This document shows positions 38,550 to 49,063 of a stretch of 64,000 bases of DNA, piece after piece; within the stretch, counting starts at the first letter, position 1; the number at the start of each line of letters is the position of its first letter. The stretch spans positions 1,197 through 65,196 of the forward strand of contig CACWQS010000011.1 of NCBI GenBank assembly GCA_902763155.1, written 5' to 3'. Made by a program: the position numbers and the translations under genes. The notes under the pieces were generated by a model, which was not told the DNA's origin, ran no database searches, and worked only from the letters and a program-made list of their open reading frames with translations. The stretch comes from an uncultured Pseudomonadota bacterium. GTDB taxonomy: Bacteria > Pseudomonadota > Alphaproteobacteria > RF32 > CAG-239.

Positions 38550-40301
38550 ATGAATTTATTGTTTGAAAACATATTAAATAAAACATTAGAAAAAATTTTT
38601 GAAAAACTAAATCTCGAAACCAAATTTGCCGTTGTAAAAGTTTCTGACCGCCCTGATTTGAGCGATTTTCAATGCAACGGCGCTTTGGCTTTGGCTAAAA
38701 TTGCCCATAAAAATCCTCGTGAAATCGGCACAATGATCGCCGATGAATTGAAACAAGAAAACTGTATCGATTCGGTTTCGGTTGATGGCCCTGGTTTTGT
38801 AAATATTAAACTCAAAGATGAATTTATTGCTGCCAATATAGATAGAATTGCCCAAGATGAGCGTTTAGGATGCGGCAAAACAGATAATCCGCACAATATA
38901 GTTTTAGATTACGGAGGCCCGAATGTAGCAAAAAATATGCACGTTGGGCACTTACGCTCCGGCGTTATCGGAGAAGCCGTTTCGCGTATCGAACGCTTTG
39001 TCGGCAATAACGTAATCAGCGACGTACATTTAGGCGATTGGGGAACCCCGATGGGAATGATTATATCTGAAATTATCCGGCAAAACGGTAATTTAGATAA
39101 GGTTCTTAGCTACAATATCGACCAAATTACCGAATTTTATAAGCAAGCTAATATTCGTTGCAAAGAAGACGAAACCGCCAAAGAAAATGCTCGCATTATT
39201 ACAGCCGAATTACAAGACGGTAACGCCGAATATCAAAAAGCATGGCAACATTTGCGCGCAGAATCAATTAAAGCAATCAGAGCAAATTATCAAGAGCTTG
39301 ATGTCAATTTTGACTTATGGTGGGGCGAAAGCGACGCACACAAAACGTGTGGCGAAATCGTTAAAATTGCTCGCGATAAAAATATTTCCGAAATTGATAA
39401 CGGCGCGGAAATTATCCGTCTTGAAGAAAGCAATAAACCGAAACCACCGGTAATTTTAATTAAATCAGACGGCGGCTATACTTATCATACCACCGATTTG
39501 GCTACCATAAAGATGCGTGTTGACCAATTTAAGGCTGATGAAATTGTTTATTTTACCGACAATAGGCAAACTCTCCATTTTGAGCAGGTTTTTGAAGGTG
39601 CCGAAAAACTCGGAATTGCCCCGAATGTCAAACTCAAACATATTGTATTCGGCACAGTCAACGGCGCCGATGGTAAGCCATTCAAAACCCGCGACGGTGG
39701 CGTAATGAATTTGGAAACTCTTATTGAAATGTCTAAAGACAAAGTGCGTCAATCGCTACCCGAAGCTGGCGAAGTAGAAGGTTACGGCGAAGCAGAAATT
39801 GAAAAGCTGACTTCGCAAATAGCCGTTGCCGCCATCAAATTCCAAGACCTTAAAAACACTATTGCTTCGGGCTATGTATTTGAATTGGATGATTTCGCCA
39901 AATTTGAAGGCAAAACCGGTCCATATATTCAATATGCCGTTGCCCGTATAAATTCGGTATTACGTAAAGCCGCCGGAAATGGTTTGGAAGCCGGAAATGT
40001 CGTTATAAAAGCACCGGAAGAACGCATTTTGGCCTTAAAATTAGCTCAACTGCATAACATAGTTATGCGTGCACATACCGAAAAAGAGCCGAGCATTATT
40101 GCTGATTACGCCTATACTTTAGCGCAAACTTTCAGCACTTTTTATAATGCTTGCCCGATTATGAACACCGAAGACAAATCTTTATCAGCTTCGCGTCTGC
40201 GTTTGGCTAAACTGGTGCGCGATGTGCTGACTTTAATGCTGTATTTGTTGGGGATTGAAGCACCGGAAGTAATGTTGAAGGCGGAAAACAAAGGAGAATA
40301 A
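38550..40301 (+). CDS. argS: Arginine--tRNA ligase
   Basis: 583 aa with an HVGHLRS class-I motif and an ArgRS N-terminal domain. The C-terminal anticodon-binding domain ends in M. Confidence 0.95.
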   Translation: MNLLFENILNKTLEKIFEKLNLETKFAVVKVSDRPDLSDFQCNGALALAKIAHKNPREIGTMIADELKQENCIDSVSVDGPGFVNIKLKDEFIAANIDRIAQDERLGCGKTDNPHNIVLDYGGPNVAKNMHVGHLRSGVIGEAVSRIERFVGNNVISDVHLGDWGTPMGMIISEIIRQNGNLDKVLSYNIDQITEFYKQANIRCKEDETAKENARIITAELQDGNAEYQKAWQHLRAESIKAIRANYQELDVNFDLWWGESDAHKTCGEIVKIARDKNISEIDNGAEIIRLEESNKPKPPVILIKSDGGYTYHTTDLATIKMRVDQFKADEIVYFTDNRQTLHFEQVFEGAEKLGIAPNVKLKHIVFGTVNGADGKPFKTRDGGVMNLETLIEMSKDKVRQSLPEAGEVEGYGEAEIEKLTSQIAVAAIKFQDLKNTIASGYVFELDDFAKFEGKTGPYIQYAVARINSVLRKAAGNGLEAGNVVIKAPEERILALKLAQLHNIVMRAHTEKEPSIIADYAYTLAQTFSTFYNACPIMNTEDKSLSASRLRLAKLVRDVLTLMLYLLGIEAPEVMLKAENKGE

Positions 40302-40304
40302 AAG

Positions 40305-41555
40305 ATGACGGAAATAGCATTAAAGAATAAACCGGTTCATGACGAAAATTACTGGATGACGGTGTTACTCTATTTTGCTTCATTTTTGGTCGGTTTGGGC
40401 ATTATATCTTTGGTAGCCGCTAATTGGCAACAAATTCCCTACACTCTAAAAATGGGCGGTGCTTTAGGTTTAATGGCGCTAAACTCTCTCGCCATCGCTT
40501 GGACTATAAAAACCGATAAACCAATACTAAAACAGGTTTTATGCGTAGTTTACGCCTTTTTGATTATGGCTGTATTGGGTTTAATCGGCCAAATATTCCA
40601 ATTGCGTGCTGATCCCGCTAAGGCTTGCTTGGCATGGAGCCTAATGAGTTGGCCGCTGTTTTTGATTGCTCCAAGACTTTTATGGCTGTGGATACCGCTG
40701 TTTTTCTTTGGTCTTCACTATATGCCGCCAGCCGTTATGAGCAGCATACGTAGTGAAATTTTTCATACTTGGGAAAGCGGAGAAACTGCTGATTGGTACT
40801 TGGCTCTTTCAACTATTGCCGTCTATTTACTTATTTTAGCTTATGAATTTTATGTAAATTTTGCTAAACAACCGAAAAATACCGCTACTAATCCGCTTCG
40901 CTTCTATTGCGGTGTCATCTTGTGGGGCTTATGCAGCCGTGCGGCAGAATATGCTTTAAACAGCCAACCTTTGAGCATTGGTTGCCTGCGCGAAATTATC
41001 GTTCCTTGCGTTTTGGTCGGCGGTATTGTTTTGGCGCTTAACAAAATGCACCAACGACGCAGTTTTATGCCGCTATTCTTAGGTGCTGTTATCGTGGAAT
41101 ATTTATACACATTAACCTGCCAAACACTAAGCATTGGTAGCACATATAAATATTTCTTCACTTCGCACAGTGTAGAAACAGAACTACCGCTCATGTTCAT
41201 CATCTCTATATCTGTCTACGCTCATTGCAACCAAATGAAACGCCTATTTAAACTCTCCGGTATTTCATTACTAATTTGGTTTGCATGGACTTTTTCTGAC
41301 AATATGTTTGATTTGGTTCCATCGCTGATTGTCTGCGGTTTTGCCGCATTTTGGGCATATAAAGCGCACAACAAACGTTGGTTTAATGTTGCAGTTATTG
41401 CCGCCGTTTTACGCATTTTAGGCGAATATAGCGACGTTAATAACTTAACTTACTTTGGAATTTATCTTATTTGTTCCGGTTTGTTGGTAATTGTTACCAT
41501 TTTACTGCTGATGAAATATGGTAAAAAATTATGGGAGAAAAATGATGAAGAATAA
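40305..41555 (+). CDS. Polytopic membrane protein, DUF2157-like
   Basis: 416 aa, about 11 TMs. Family assigned from its pairing with the downstream GDYXXLXY-type gene (recalled association). Confidence 0.45.
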   Translation: MTEIALKNKPVHDENYWMTVLLYFASFLVGLGIISLVAANWQQIPYTLKMGGALGLMALNSLAIAWTIKTDKPILKQVLCVVYAFLIMAVLGLIGQIFQLRADPAKACLAWSLMSWPLFLIAPRLLWLWIPLFFFGLHYMPPAVMSSIRSEIFHTWESGETADWYLALSTIAVYLLILAYEFYVNFAKQPKNTATNPLRFYCGVILWGLCSRAAEYALNSQPLSIGCLREIIVPCVLVGGIVLALNKMHQRRSFMPLFLGAVIVEYLYTLTCQTLSIGSTYKYFFTSHSVETELPLMFIISISVYAHCNQMKRLFKLSGISLLIWFAWTFSDNMFDLVPSLIVCGFAAFWAYKAHNKRWFNVAVIAAVLRILGEYSDVNNLTYFGIYLICSGLLVIVTILLLMKYGKKLWEKNDEE

Positions 41556-41940
41556 AATTTTAATCACGCTGTTATTTTTACCGATAATCGGTCTGGCCGG
41601 TACAATGATGTATTATGAAAAAATGACTCATTTTGATCGCGTTGAAATAGCAGTCGAAGGCTATGACCCTAAAGACTTTTTCTCCGGATACTATATGAAT
41701 TTGCAACTCAACTGGGCAAAAACCGATTGCACCCAATTTGCTGATAGTATTTGTCCTCAAGACGAATTCGCGCACCATTACAATTTTTATATCAATGCGG
41801 CTCAATCTGCCAAATTAAGCAAATCGGTTAACGCCGGAAATGTCAAATTGGTATTTTCATACGCTGAAAAACACTCTCCGCTTATTGTCGATTTGTTGGT
41901 TGATGGCAAATCTTATATCGACTTTGTCAAAGAAAATTAA
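41542..41940 (+). CDS. GDYXXLXY-domain-like membrane-anchored protein
   Basis: Start at MMKNK (GGGAGA RBS). One TM. SGYYMNLQLNW sits where the GDYxxLxY motif lies. Confidence 0.45.
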   Translation: MMKNKILITLLFLPIIGLAGTMMYYEKMTHFDRVEIAVEGYDPKDFFSGYYMNLQLNWAKTDCTQFADSICPQDEFAHHYNFYINAAQSAKLSKSVNAGNVKLVFSYAEKHSPLIVDLLVDGKSYIDFVKEN

Positions 41941-42013
41941 AAGTATTATCAAATTATTTACTAATTCCACTTACAATGCCACTCTAGTGAATGTATAAAT
42001 GGAATGATTGGGT

Positions 42014-42835
42014 ATGAGCCAACAGCTTAAATATATATCTCGTATCAAAGACGAGTTTGATACCGTAATCTGCGGCATCAACGGGGTTTTTATGTGTGGA
42101 ACACACCTCGAACCAAAAGCTTTTGATACTCTTATAAAACTCTATCAAAGCGGCAAAAAAATAATGTTAGCAACAAACAGCGGTTGGCGCGTAAATGATA
42201 TTTTTTGCTTCTTGAAAAACAGCCATATCCCGATGCACATTTTTCACGCTATAATCAGCGCCGGAGAAATTGCACATTTTTATCTAAAAAATAACCATTC
42301 ACTGGGCAATAAATATTATTCTTTTGCTAATTCTTGCGCTATGCAAGGGCTCGATTATGAAGCCACCGAAGATATTCGCGCAGCTGATTTTCTTTTAGTC
42401 GAAACCGATACAAATGGTTTTAACAATGAAAAATATATGCCTCTGTTGCAAGAAGCAATCAATCGTCGATTACCGCTGGTTTGCATCGGTAATAACACTT
42501 CAATAATCACAGAAAACGGAGTTTGTAACAGCGCCGGAATGCTGGCCGAGCAATATGCCTTGCAGGGCGGGAAAATTATTCCTTTCGGCAAACCAGATAA
42601 GCGCATCGCCGCTTATTTAAGCGAAAATATTGCTGACTTTGATTATCGCCGTTGTCTGATTATCGGCGATTGTATGACTACGGATATGCGCTTGGGAAAT
42701 TCGGTAAAAGCACAAACTCTGCTCATCACAAATGGAATTCTTCAACTAAAAAGCCCAAGTGAACGGCAAATCAACGAACTATCCCAAAACTATGGTTTGA
42801 ACATAGATTACTATATGGAGAACCTGCAATGGTAA
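42014..42835 (+). CDS. HAD-superfamily subfamily IIA hydrolase
   Basis: The N-terminal nucleophile motif is degenerate (ICGINGV). LATNS and IGDCMTTD motifs are present. Confidence 0.6.
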   Translation: MSQQLKYISRIKDEFDTVICGINGVFMCGTHLEPKAFDTLIKLYQSGKKIMLATNSGWRVNDIFCFLKNSHIPMHIFHAIISAGEIAHFYLKNNHSLGNKYYSFANSCAMQGLDYEATEDIRAADFLLVETDTNGFNNEKYMPLLQEAINRRLPLVCIGNNTSIITENGVCNSAGMLAEQYALQGGKIIPFGKPDKRIAAYLSENIADFDYRRCLIIGDCMTTDMRLGNSVKAQTLLITNGILQLKSPSERQINELSQNYGLNIDYYMENLQW

Positions 42836-43365
42836 AAGACGATTTGCGCTCACTTATGATATGGGTTATCTCGGTTGTAGTTGTTTTGCAGGCTGTTCAA
42901 TGCAATCTTTCTGATAGTATTTGGCAACAAAACAAAAATATTATTTCCGAAAAACAAAAATATTATGCAGAAACTTTAACTGCAGACGAAATTGATGAAT
43001 TTATCCGCTATTGGCCGGTTTATAACCAACTCGGTTTAAGCGAACCGAACGATATTTCGCTTTCCGTTAATAAGAAAACGCAAATAGATTGGAAAACCAA
43101 AATTTGGTTTATTTATCACAAACTTGATTTTGAAAGGTTTATGTATATTCGTTTGCGCTTAAAAGAACTGCTTTTGGAAATTGATAAAAAGCAACAGGCA
43201 CAAGCCGTTGCCGAACAACTATCACATAATAAAGACGAATTATCTAAAGAAATGATGATAAAACACCAAAATTATGCCGATGCCATAAAACTTGATCCGG
43301 CAGAAACAGAAATTATTAAACAAAGAGAAGATGAACTTAAACAATTATTCAAATTATATCCGTAA
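42829..43365 (+). CDS. Hypothetical membrane-anchored protein
   Basis: 178 aa with one N-terminal TM and a helical, charged remainder. Overlaps the HAD gene stop by 7 nt. Confidence 0.4.
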   Translation: MVKDDLRSLMIWVISVVVVLQAVQCNLSDSIWQQNKNIISEKQKYYAETLTADEIDEFIRYWPVYNQLGLSEPNDISLSVNKKTQIDWKTKIWFIYHKLDFERFMYIRLRLKELLLEIDKKQQAQAVAEQLSHNKDELSKEMMIKHQNYADAIKLDPAETEIIKQREDELKQLFKLYP

Positions 43366-43492
43366 TTTCAATATTTTGCAAGTTATTACAGATAGTAGAT
43401 TTTATGCTATTCATATTTTTTATTTATTATTAATAAAATTATAACTTTATAACTTTATCTTTGTAATTAACTGTATAATAGGTGAAAAATAA

Positions 43493-44581
<1,089 letters not shown>

Positions 44582-44583
44582 AG

Positions 44584-45699
44584 GTGCAATACAAAAAACA
44601 GCATCATAAAGAAGCAACCGAAAAAAATGCGCTTTCAACAGATAATAACACGGCGCAGAGTGATTATTATGCTGCTATTGACCTAGGCACCAATTCATGC
44701 CGTCTGGTGATTGCTGAACCAACCCCAAGCTCTTTTCATGTGGTTGAAACATTTTCCCGTATCACACGTCTTGGAGAAGATATTATTCATGGTAATATGC
44801 TGGCAAAAACGGCCATCCGGCGGACAATCTCCGCGCTGAAAGTATGTAGCGCCATTATTGATGCCTATAGCCCGATTGTGCGTATGCGCTTTGTAGCCAC
44901 CGCAGCTTGTAGGCGCGCCTTAAATTGCGCTGATTTTGAAAAAGCCGTTGAACGCGATACCGGACTAAAAATGGAAGTAATTTCTTCTAAAGAAGAAGCC
45001 CGCTTAGCGGTAGTCGGCTGTATGCCTTTATTAAATCGTATGATAAAACGTGCTTTGGTATTTGATATCGGTGGCGGTTCAACTGAAATTTCGCTGGCAC
45101 GCATAACCGAAAGCGGTAAGACCTTTATTGAAGGATTCGTTTCGTTACCCTATGGTGTGGTAACCATCTCCGAGGCTTTTCCGGGTAAAGATATGACCAA
45201 TTTGGCCTATAATACCATTGTAGAACGCACACAAAAAATTTTGCAGGAATTTGAAGACAAATATCAAATTACCGAAGCTATTCGCAATCAGGAAATACAA
45301 ATCATCGGCACTTCCGGCACAGTAACGGTTTTGGGCGCCGTGCATCTTAATTTGCCGCGCTATAACCGCGCAGCCGTTGATGGATTAGCGCTTTCAGGCG
45401 CTGAAGTCAATAAGGTGATTTCGCGCATTAAAAATATGGGCTATGAAGGACGATGCCGGCATTCGTGCATTGGTAAACAAAAGGCCGATTTAACTATGGC
45501 CGGTTGCACCATTATTGAAGCTTTGACAACATTTTGGCCAATTTCGGAAATCACCATTGCCGATAGGGGAATTCGAGAAGGAATTTTGCTTGACATGATG
45601 CACCATCAAAAGCATAATTATTTCCACCAAAACGGCAAACGCCGTAAAATGTTTAGAAAAGGGCATAACTATGCAGGGCGAAAATCTGGCAGCCATTGA
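44584..45699 (+). CDS. Ppx/GppA-family phosphatase (paralog 1)
   Basis: GTG start. AAIDLGTNSCRLVI and FDIGGGSTEI ASKHA-fold motifs. Basic C-terminal tail. Confidence 0.75.
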   Translation: MQYKKQHHKEATEKNALSTDNNTAQSDYYAAIDLGTNSCRLVIAEPTPSSFHVVETFSRITRLGEDIIHGNMLAKTAIRRTISALKVCSAIIDAYSPIVRMRFVATAACRRALNCADFEKAVERDTGLKMEVISSKEEARLAVVGCMPLLNRMIKRALVFDIGGGSTEISLARITESGKTFIEGFVSLPYGVVTISEAFPGKDMTNLAYNTIVERTQKILQEFEDKYQITEAIRNQEIQIIGTSGTVTVLGAVHLNLPRYNRAAVDGLALSGAEVNKVISRIKNMGYEGRCRHSCIGKQKADLTMAGCTIIEALTTFWPISEITIADRGIREGILLDMMHHQKHNYFHQNGKRRKMFRKGHNYAGRKSGSH

Positions 45700-46612
45700 T
45701 TTAGGCACAAATTCGTGCCGTTTACGCATTACCGATAAAAGCGGAAATATTATATATCGTGAGGCAGTAACTACCAAACTGGGCGAAGGCTTGGCCGAAA
45801 ATATGTGCTTTACTCCCGAAGCAATAGAACGCGGACTGCGCTGTTTAAGTCGCTTTGCCGAACACATGACAGATTACGAGGTCGGACACTATCGCGCTGT
45901 TACCACTGCATCATGCCGTATGGCTTCTAACGGAATGGATTTTGTGCAAAAGGTTGAAGAAACCTGCGGACTAAAGCTCGAAATAATCTCTCCTTTAGAA
46001 GAGGCGACCCTTACTTTAAAAGGTGCCATCTTAAATGCCAACAAAAATAAACCTTATGTTTTGGTTTATGATTTGGGCGGCGGTTCAACCGAAATCACTC
46101 TCGCCACAAATACCGCAAAACCGGAAATTCTGCATACGATTTCCATTCCGTGGGGCGCACGTAACAGTTCCGAAGTTTTCAATTTAGCCGAATATAATGC
46201 CGATAATGCTTTAAAACTGGCAACTGAAATAAAAAAATGGACAATTCAATTTATGCAAAATTCGGATTTCGCCAAATATCGCGATAATTGCTGCTGTTTA
46301 GCCACATCAAGCACACCGCTGCGCTTGATCAGCATGGTAAAAAATACCGGAATATACAGCAAAGAATATGCCGACGGCGTCAAAGCATCAATACCGGAAA
46401 TCGAAAAGCAAATCCAAAAAGTTTTTGCTATGGATTTAACAGAAATGACGCAAAATCCCTACATCGGTGAAAGCCGCTACAACATTTTTACCGCCGCATG
46501 CGTCATTTTCCGCACTATCTACCAAACTCTACAAATTAAAGAATTAACCGCCTCATTAAAAGGCGCTCAGGAAGCAATAATTGAAGAATTGAGGCAACAA
46601 TGGCAAAACTAA
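45671..46612 (+). CDS. Ppx/GppA-family phosphatase (paralog 2)
   Basis: AAIDLGTNSCRLRI and YDLGGGSTEI motifs. Overlaps paralog 1 by 29 nt and rlmE by 13 nt. Confidence 0.75.
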   Translation: MQGENLAAIDLGTNSCRLRITDKSGNIIYREAVTTKLGEGLAENMCFTPEAIERGLRCLSRFAEHMTDYEVGHYRAVTTASCRMASNGMDFVQKVEETCGLKLEIISPLEEATLTLKGAILNANKNKPYVLVYDLGGGSTEITLATNTAKPEILHTISIPWGARNSSEVFNLAEYNADNALKLATEIKKWTIQFMQNSDFAKYRDNCCCLATSSTPLRLISMVKNTGIYSKEYADGVKASIPEIEKQIQKVFAMDLTEMTQNPYIGESRYNIFTAACVIFRTIYQTLQIKELTASLKGAQEAIIEELRQQWQN

Positions 46613-47289
46613 CCCAATCAGCCAAAAAAGTACGTGGTCGCAAAATGCTAACCGTGCGCGTAAAAAGTGCAAAATATAATACTGTATCGTCCAATCGATG
46701 GTTGCAACGCCAACTCAATGATCCTTATGTTGCCGAAGCCAAGCGTTTGGGATATCGTTGTCGCGCCGCTTTTAAGCTTATACAACTTGATGAAAAGTTC
46801 CATTTTCTTGGTAAAGGTAAAACCATTGTCGATTTAGGTTGTGCCCCCGGCGGTTGGACACAAATCGCTGCAATGCGCAACAAAGGAAGCGGGCAGATTG
46901 TGGGAATGGATTTACTGGCCGCTGAACCCATAGAGGGCGCCACAATGCTCCAACAGGATTTTACCGAAGATGGTGCCGCCGACAAGCTCAAAGCACTGTT
47001 AAACGGACCGGCCGATGTCGTTATGAGCGACATGGCTGCCAACACTACCGGCGTGCAAAACATCGACCATCTACGCACATTAGGATTAGTAGAGATGGCT
47101 TATGAATTTGCCAAAGAAGTATTGGCAGTCGGGGGAATTTTTATAGCTAAGGTATTTCAAGGCGGTACCGAAGCCAAACTTTTGGCGGATATGCGCCAAC
47201 ACTTCACCAAGGTAACTCATTTCAAACCCGATGCCAGCCGACAAGATTCGGTTGAGATGTATGTAGTAGCGCAGGGCTTTAAGGGTTAA
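46600..47289 (+). CDS. rlmE: 23S rRNA (uridine2552-2'-O)-methyltransferase
   Basis: 229 aa with RAAFKLIQLDEKF, DLGCAPGGW and SDMAANTTG motifs. Confidence 0.9.
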   Translation: MAKLTQSAKKVRGRKMLTVRVKSAKYNTVSSNRWLQRQLNDPYVAEAKRLGYRCRAAFKLIQLDEKFHFLGKGKTIVDLGCAPGGWTQIAAMRNKGSGQIVGMDLLAAEPIEGATMLQQDFTEDGAADKLKALLNGPADVVMSDMAANTTGVQNIDHLRTLGLVEMAYEFAKEVLAVGGIFIAKVFQGGTEAKLLADMRQHFTKVTHFKPDASRQDSVEMYVVAQGFKG

Positions 47290-47331
47290 TTCTATCATTC
47301 GCATTTAACTTAAAAAACTGTAAAAATATGC

Positions 47332-47360
47332 TTGACAAGCTATTATCTTTATATTATAAG
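47332..47360 (+). promoter_or_regulatory. Sigma-70-like promoter of rplJL
   Basis: TTGACA (47332-47337), a 17-nt spacer, then TATAAG (47355-47360). It lies 250 nt upstream of the rplJ start. Confidence 0.5.
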
Positions 47361-47610
47361 CACACTCAATGAATGCAAATTTTGCTGTGTTCATCGCTGT
47401 CCAAGACTGTGGGTGGTGTTTATTTAAGCGCCTTAATTTCCCTCATAGACGGAGTGAACGTGAGATTTATTTTAATAATCTTTTCTCCCCTTCGGACAGG
47501 TTTTAGTGCCACTTTTATATTGCAAAATATAATCGTGGGTTTTGGTAACGGTTCTTTGCCGTTTGTAGAAAATGGTTGAAGAATTTAACTTTTCGTATGG
47601 AGACAAATAA
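47361..47610 (+). promoter_or_regulatory. Long 5' leader of rplJ (candidate L10/L12 autoregulatory leader)
   Basis: About 250 nt of untranslated sequence lie between the promoter and the GTG start, with GC-rich pairable segments in an AT-rich context. L10 leaders are known autoregulatory sites, but the structure was not verified here. Confidence 0.35.
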
Positions 47611-48093
47611 GTGAACCGCGAAGAAAAATCAGAATTGCTGAGCTTGTTAAACGATGTCTTCTCAAAGGCTGAATCTGTTGTTCTGGCTGAATATAAAGGC
47701 TTGACCGTAGCAGAAGCAGATGCTTTAAGAAATAAGATTCGTGAAGCCGGCGCTTCTATCAGAGTTACTAAAAACCGTATTGCAAAATTAGCCGTTAAAG
47801 GCACAAACTTTGAAAACTTGGCAGATATGTTTAAGGGACCGATTATCATGGCTTATGCCGAAGACCCGATTTCTGCTTGCAAAGCATGTGTTGAATACGC
47901 TAAAGAAAACGAAAAATTGGTGATTGTCGGCGGTGCTTTGAGCGATAAGGCTCTTACATTGGCTGAAATCAAACAATTAGCTTCTATTCCGTCGATGGAT
48001 GAGCTCAGAGCGAAACTCATCGGCTTGTTGCAAGCTCCTGCTGCTAAGATGGCTCGCGTTTGCAAAGCATATAGCGAGAAGGAGGCTGCCTAG
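47611..48093 (+). CDS. rplJ: 50S ribosomal protein L10
   Basis: GTG start preceded by GGAGAC. 160 aa including VVLAEYKGLTVAEADALR. Confidence 0.9.
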   Translation: MNREEKSELLSLLNDVFSKAESVVLAEYKGLTVAEADALRNKIREAGASIRVTKNRIAKLAVKGTNFENLADMFKGPIIMAYAEDPISACKACVEYAKENEKLVIVGGALSDKALTLAEIKQLASIPSMDELRAKLIGLLQAPAAKMARVCKAYSEKEAA

Positions 48094-48180
48094 TAGGGTT
48101 TCCATTTTATACACTTCTTACTTGTCATTTTTTCGCTTATGTACCTTTTCGTACACCGCGTTCAAAAATAACTTCGTAAT
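48094..48180 (+). repeat. Diverged copy of the GTAC-palindrome element in the rplJ-rplL spacer
   Basis: CTTATGTACCTTTTCGTACACCGCG at 48136-48160 matches the loop consensus of the nifJ and fadL-like copies in mRNA sense. It begins 42 nt after the rplJ stop, the same spacing as after nifJ. Confidence 0.7.
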
Positions 48181-48272
48181 TAGTTGTCTAAAATGAAAAC
48201 ATTATAATTCTAGGTTTGTTTGTAAACGGTTTTTAATATTGTAATTGGATTTAATTTTATTGGAGAAAAACA

Positions 48273-48644
48273 ATGGCAGATTTAGCCAAATTAGTAGATG
48301 AATTGTCAGCTTTAACAGTTATGGAAGCTGCAGATTTAGCAAAAATGTTAGAAGAAAAGTGGGGCGTTTCTGCTGCCGCTGCTGTTGCTGTTGCCGGTGC
48401 TGCCGGTGGTGCTGCCGCTGCTGCTGAAGAAAAGACCGAATTCGATGTTGTGTTGGCAGATGCCGGCGCTAACAAGATTAACGTAATTAAGGAAGTTCGT
48501 GCTATTACCGGCTTAGGCTTGAAAGAAGCTAAAGACTTGGTTGAAGGCGCTCCGAAGACCGTTAAAGAAGCTGCTCCGAAGGAAGAAGCTGATGCTATCA
48601 AAGCTAAGCTGGAAGCCGCTGGTGCTAAAGTTGAATTGAAGTAA
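48273..48644 (+). CDS. rplL: 50S ribosomal protein L7/L12
   Basis: 123 aa with an Ala-rich hinge and a C-terminal domain [29 protein letters not shown] terminator follows. Confidence 0.95.
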   Translation: MADLAKLVDELSALTVMEAADLAKMLEEKWGVSAAAAVAVAGAAGGAAAAAEEKTEFDVVLADAGANKINVIKEVRAITGLGLKEAKDLVEGAPKTVKEAAPKEEADAIKAKLEAAGAKVELK

Positions 48645-48678
48645 TTTTCACATTTAGAAATTTACTTTTCACAAAACG

Positions 48679-48709
48679 CTCGCAAGATACCTTTCTTGCG
48701 AGTTTTTTT
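48679..48709 (+). terminator. Intrinsic terminator after rplL
   Basis: CTCGCAAGA (48679-48687) pairs with TCTTGCGAG (48694-48702), followed by TTTTTTT. Confidence 0.85.
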
Positions 48710-48719
48710 ATTTTTATAA

Positions 48720-48993
48720 CGTCATTACGAGCTTTTGAGAATAAGAAAGGTTATGCTCCCCCACGTCATTACGAGCTTGAAAAATTAGTAGCGGATTGCG
48801 CCAGCAAACCGCCATATTTCGGAGCCTTTAGCGACGCAAATATGTAATTTTTCTTCGCGTGGTAATCCAGAACAAAGTAGCTATACCATACTAGATTGCT
48901 TCGTGAAGTTTGGTGACTTCTTCTTATCGCTTGCGCTCTGAAGAAGCGTCTTGCTGAAGCAATCCGCTCTCACCAAACAAACTCGCAATGACG
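48720..48993 (+). mobile_element. MITE-like non-autonomous element, copy L (with duplicated left terminal repeat)
   Basis: CGTCATTACGAGCTT at 48720-48734 and again at 48764-48778. The inverted partner CTCGCAATGACG lies at 48982-48993. No ORF. The internal core is shared with copy R. Confidence 0.75.
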
Positions 48994-49003
48994 TTGCGGA
49001 CAC

Positions 49004-49051
49004 AAAAAAAGGTGTGGTGAATGTCTCTCCCGTAAAGGAAAAACACCACAC
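49004..49051 (-). terminator. Candidate terminator of the cassette membrane-protein gene
   Basis: On the minus strand, GTGTGGTG...CACCACAC (49044-49051 / 49012-19) is followed by C TTTTTTT. The loop is long at about 24 nt. Confidence 0.45.
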
Positions 49052-49063
49052 ACACCAAGCTTT

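Noticed and set aside
43366-43492. CtrA-box-like TTAA-N7-TTAA sites and GANTC sites in the ccrM upstream region
   Set aside because: Only half-matches were found (for example TTAATAAAATTATAAC) in an extremely AT-rich spacer where such matches are expected by chance. I saw no GANTC there.
47472-47849. 125-aa minus-strand ORF overlapping the rplJ start region, and plus ORF 47373-47579 in the leader
   Set aside because: The first is antisense to a well-supported ribosomal protein gene. The second lies in the untranslated leader, has no RBS and has an implausible composition.
48257-48601. 114-aa Ala-rich minus-strand ORF
   Set aside because: It is antisense to rplL. The open frame is a consequence of the GCN-rich Ala hinge region of L7/L12.
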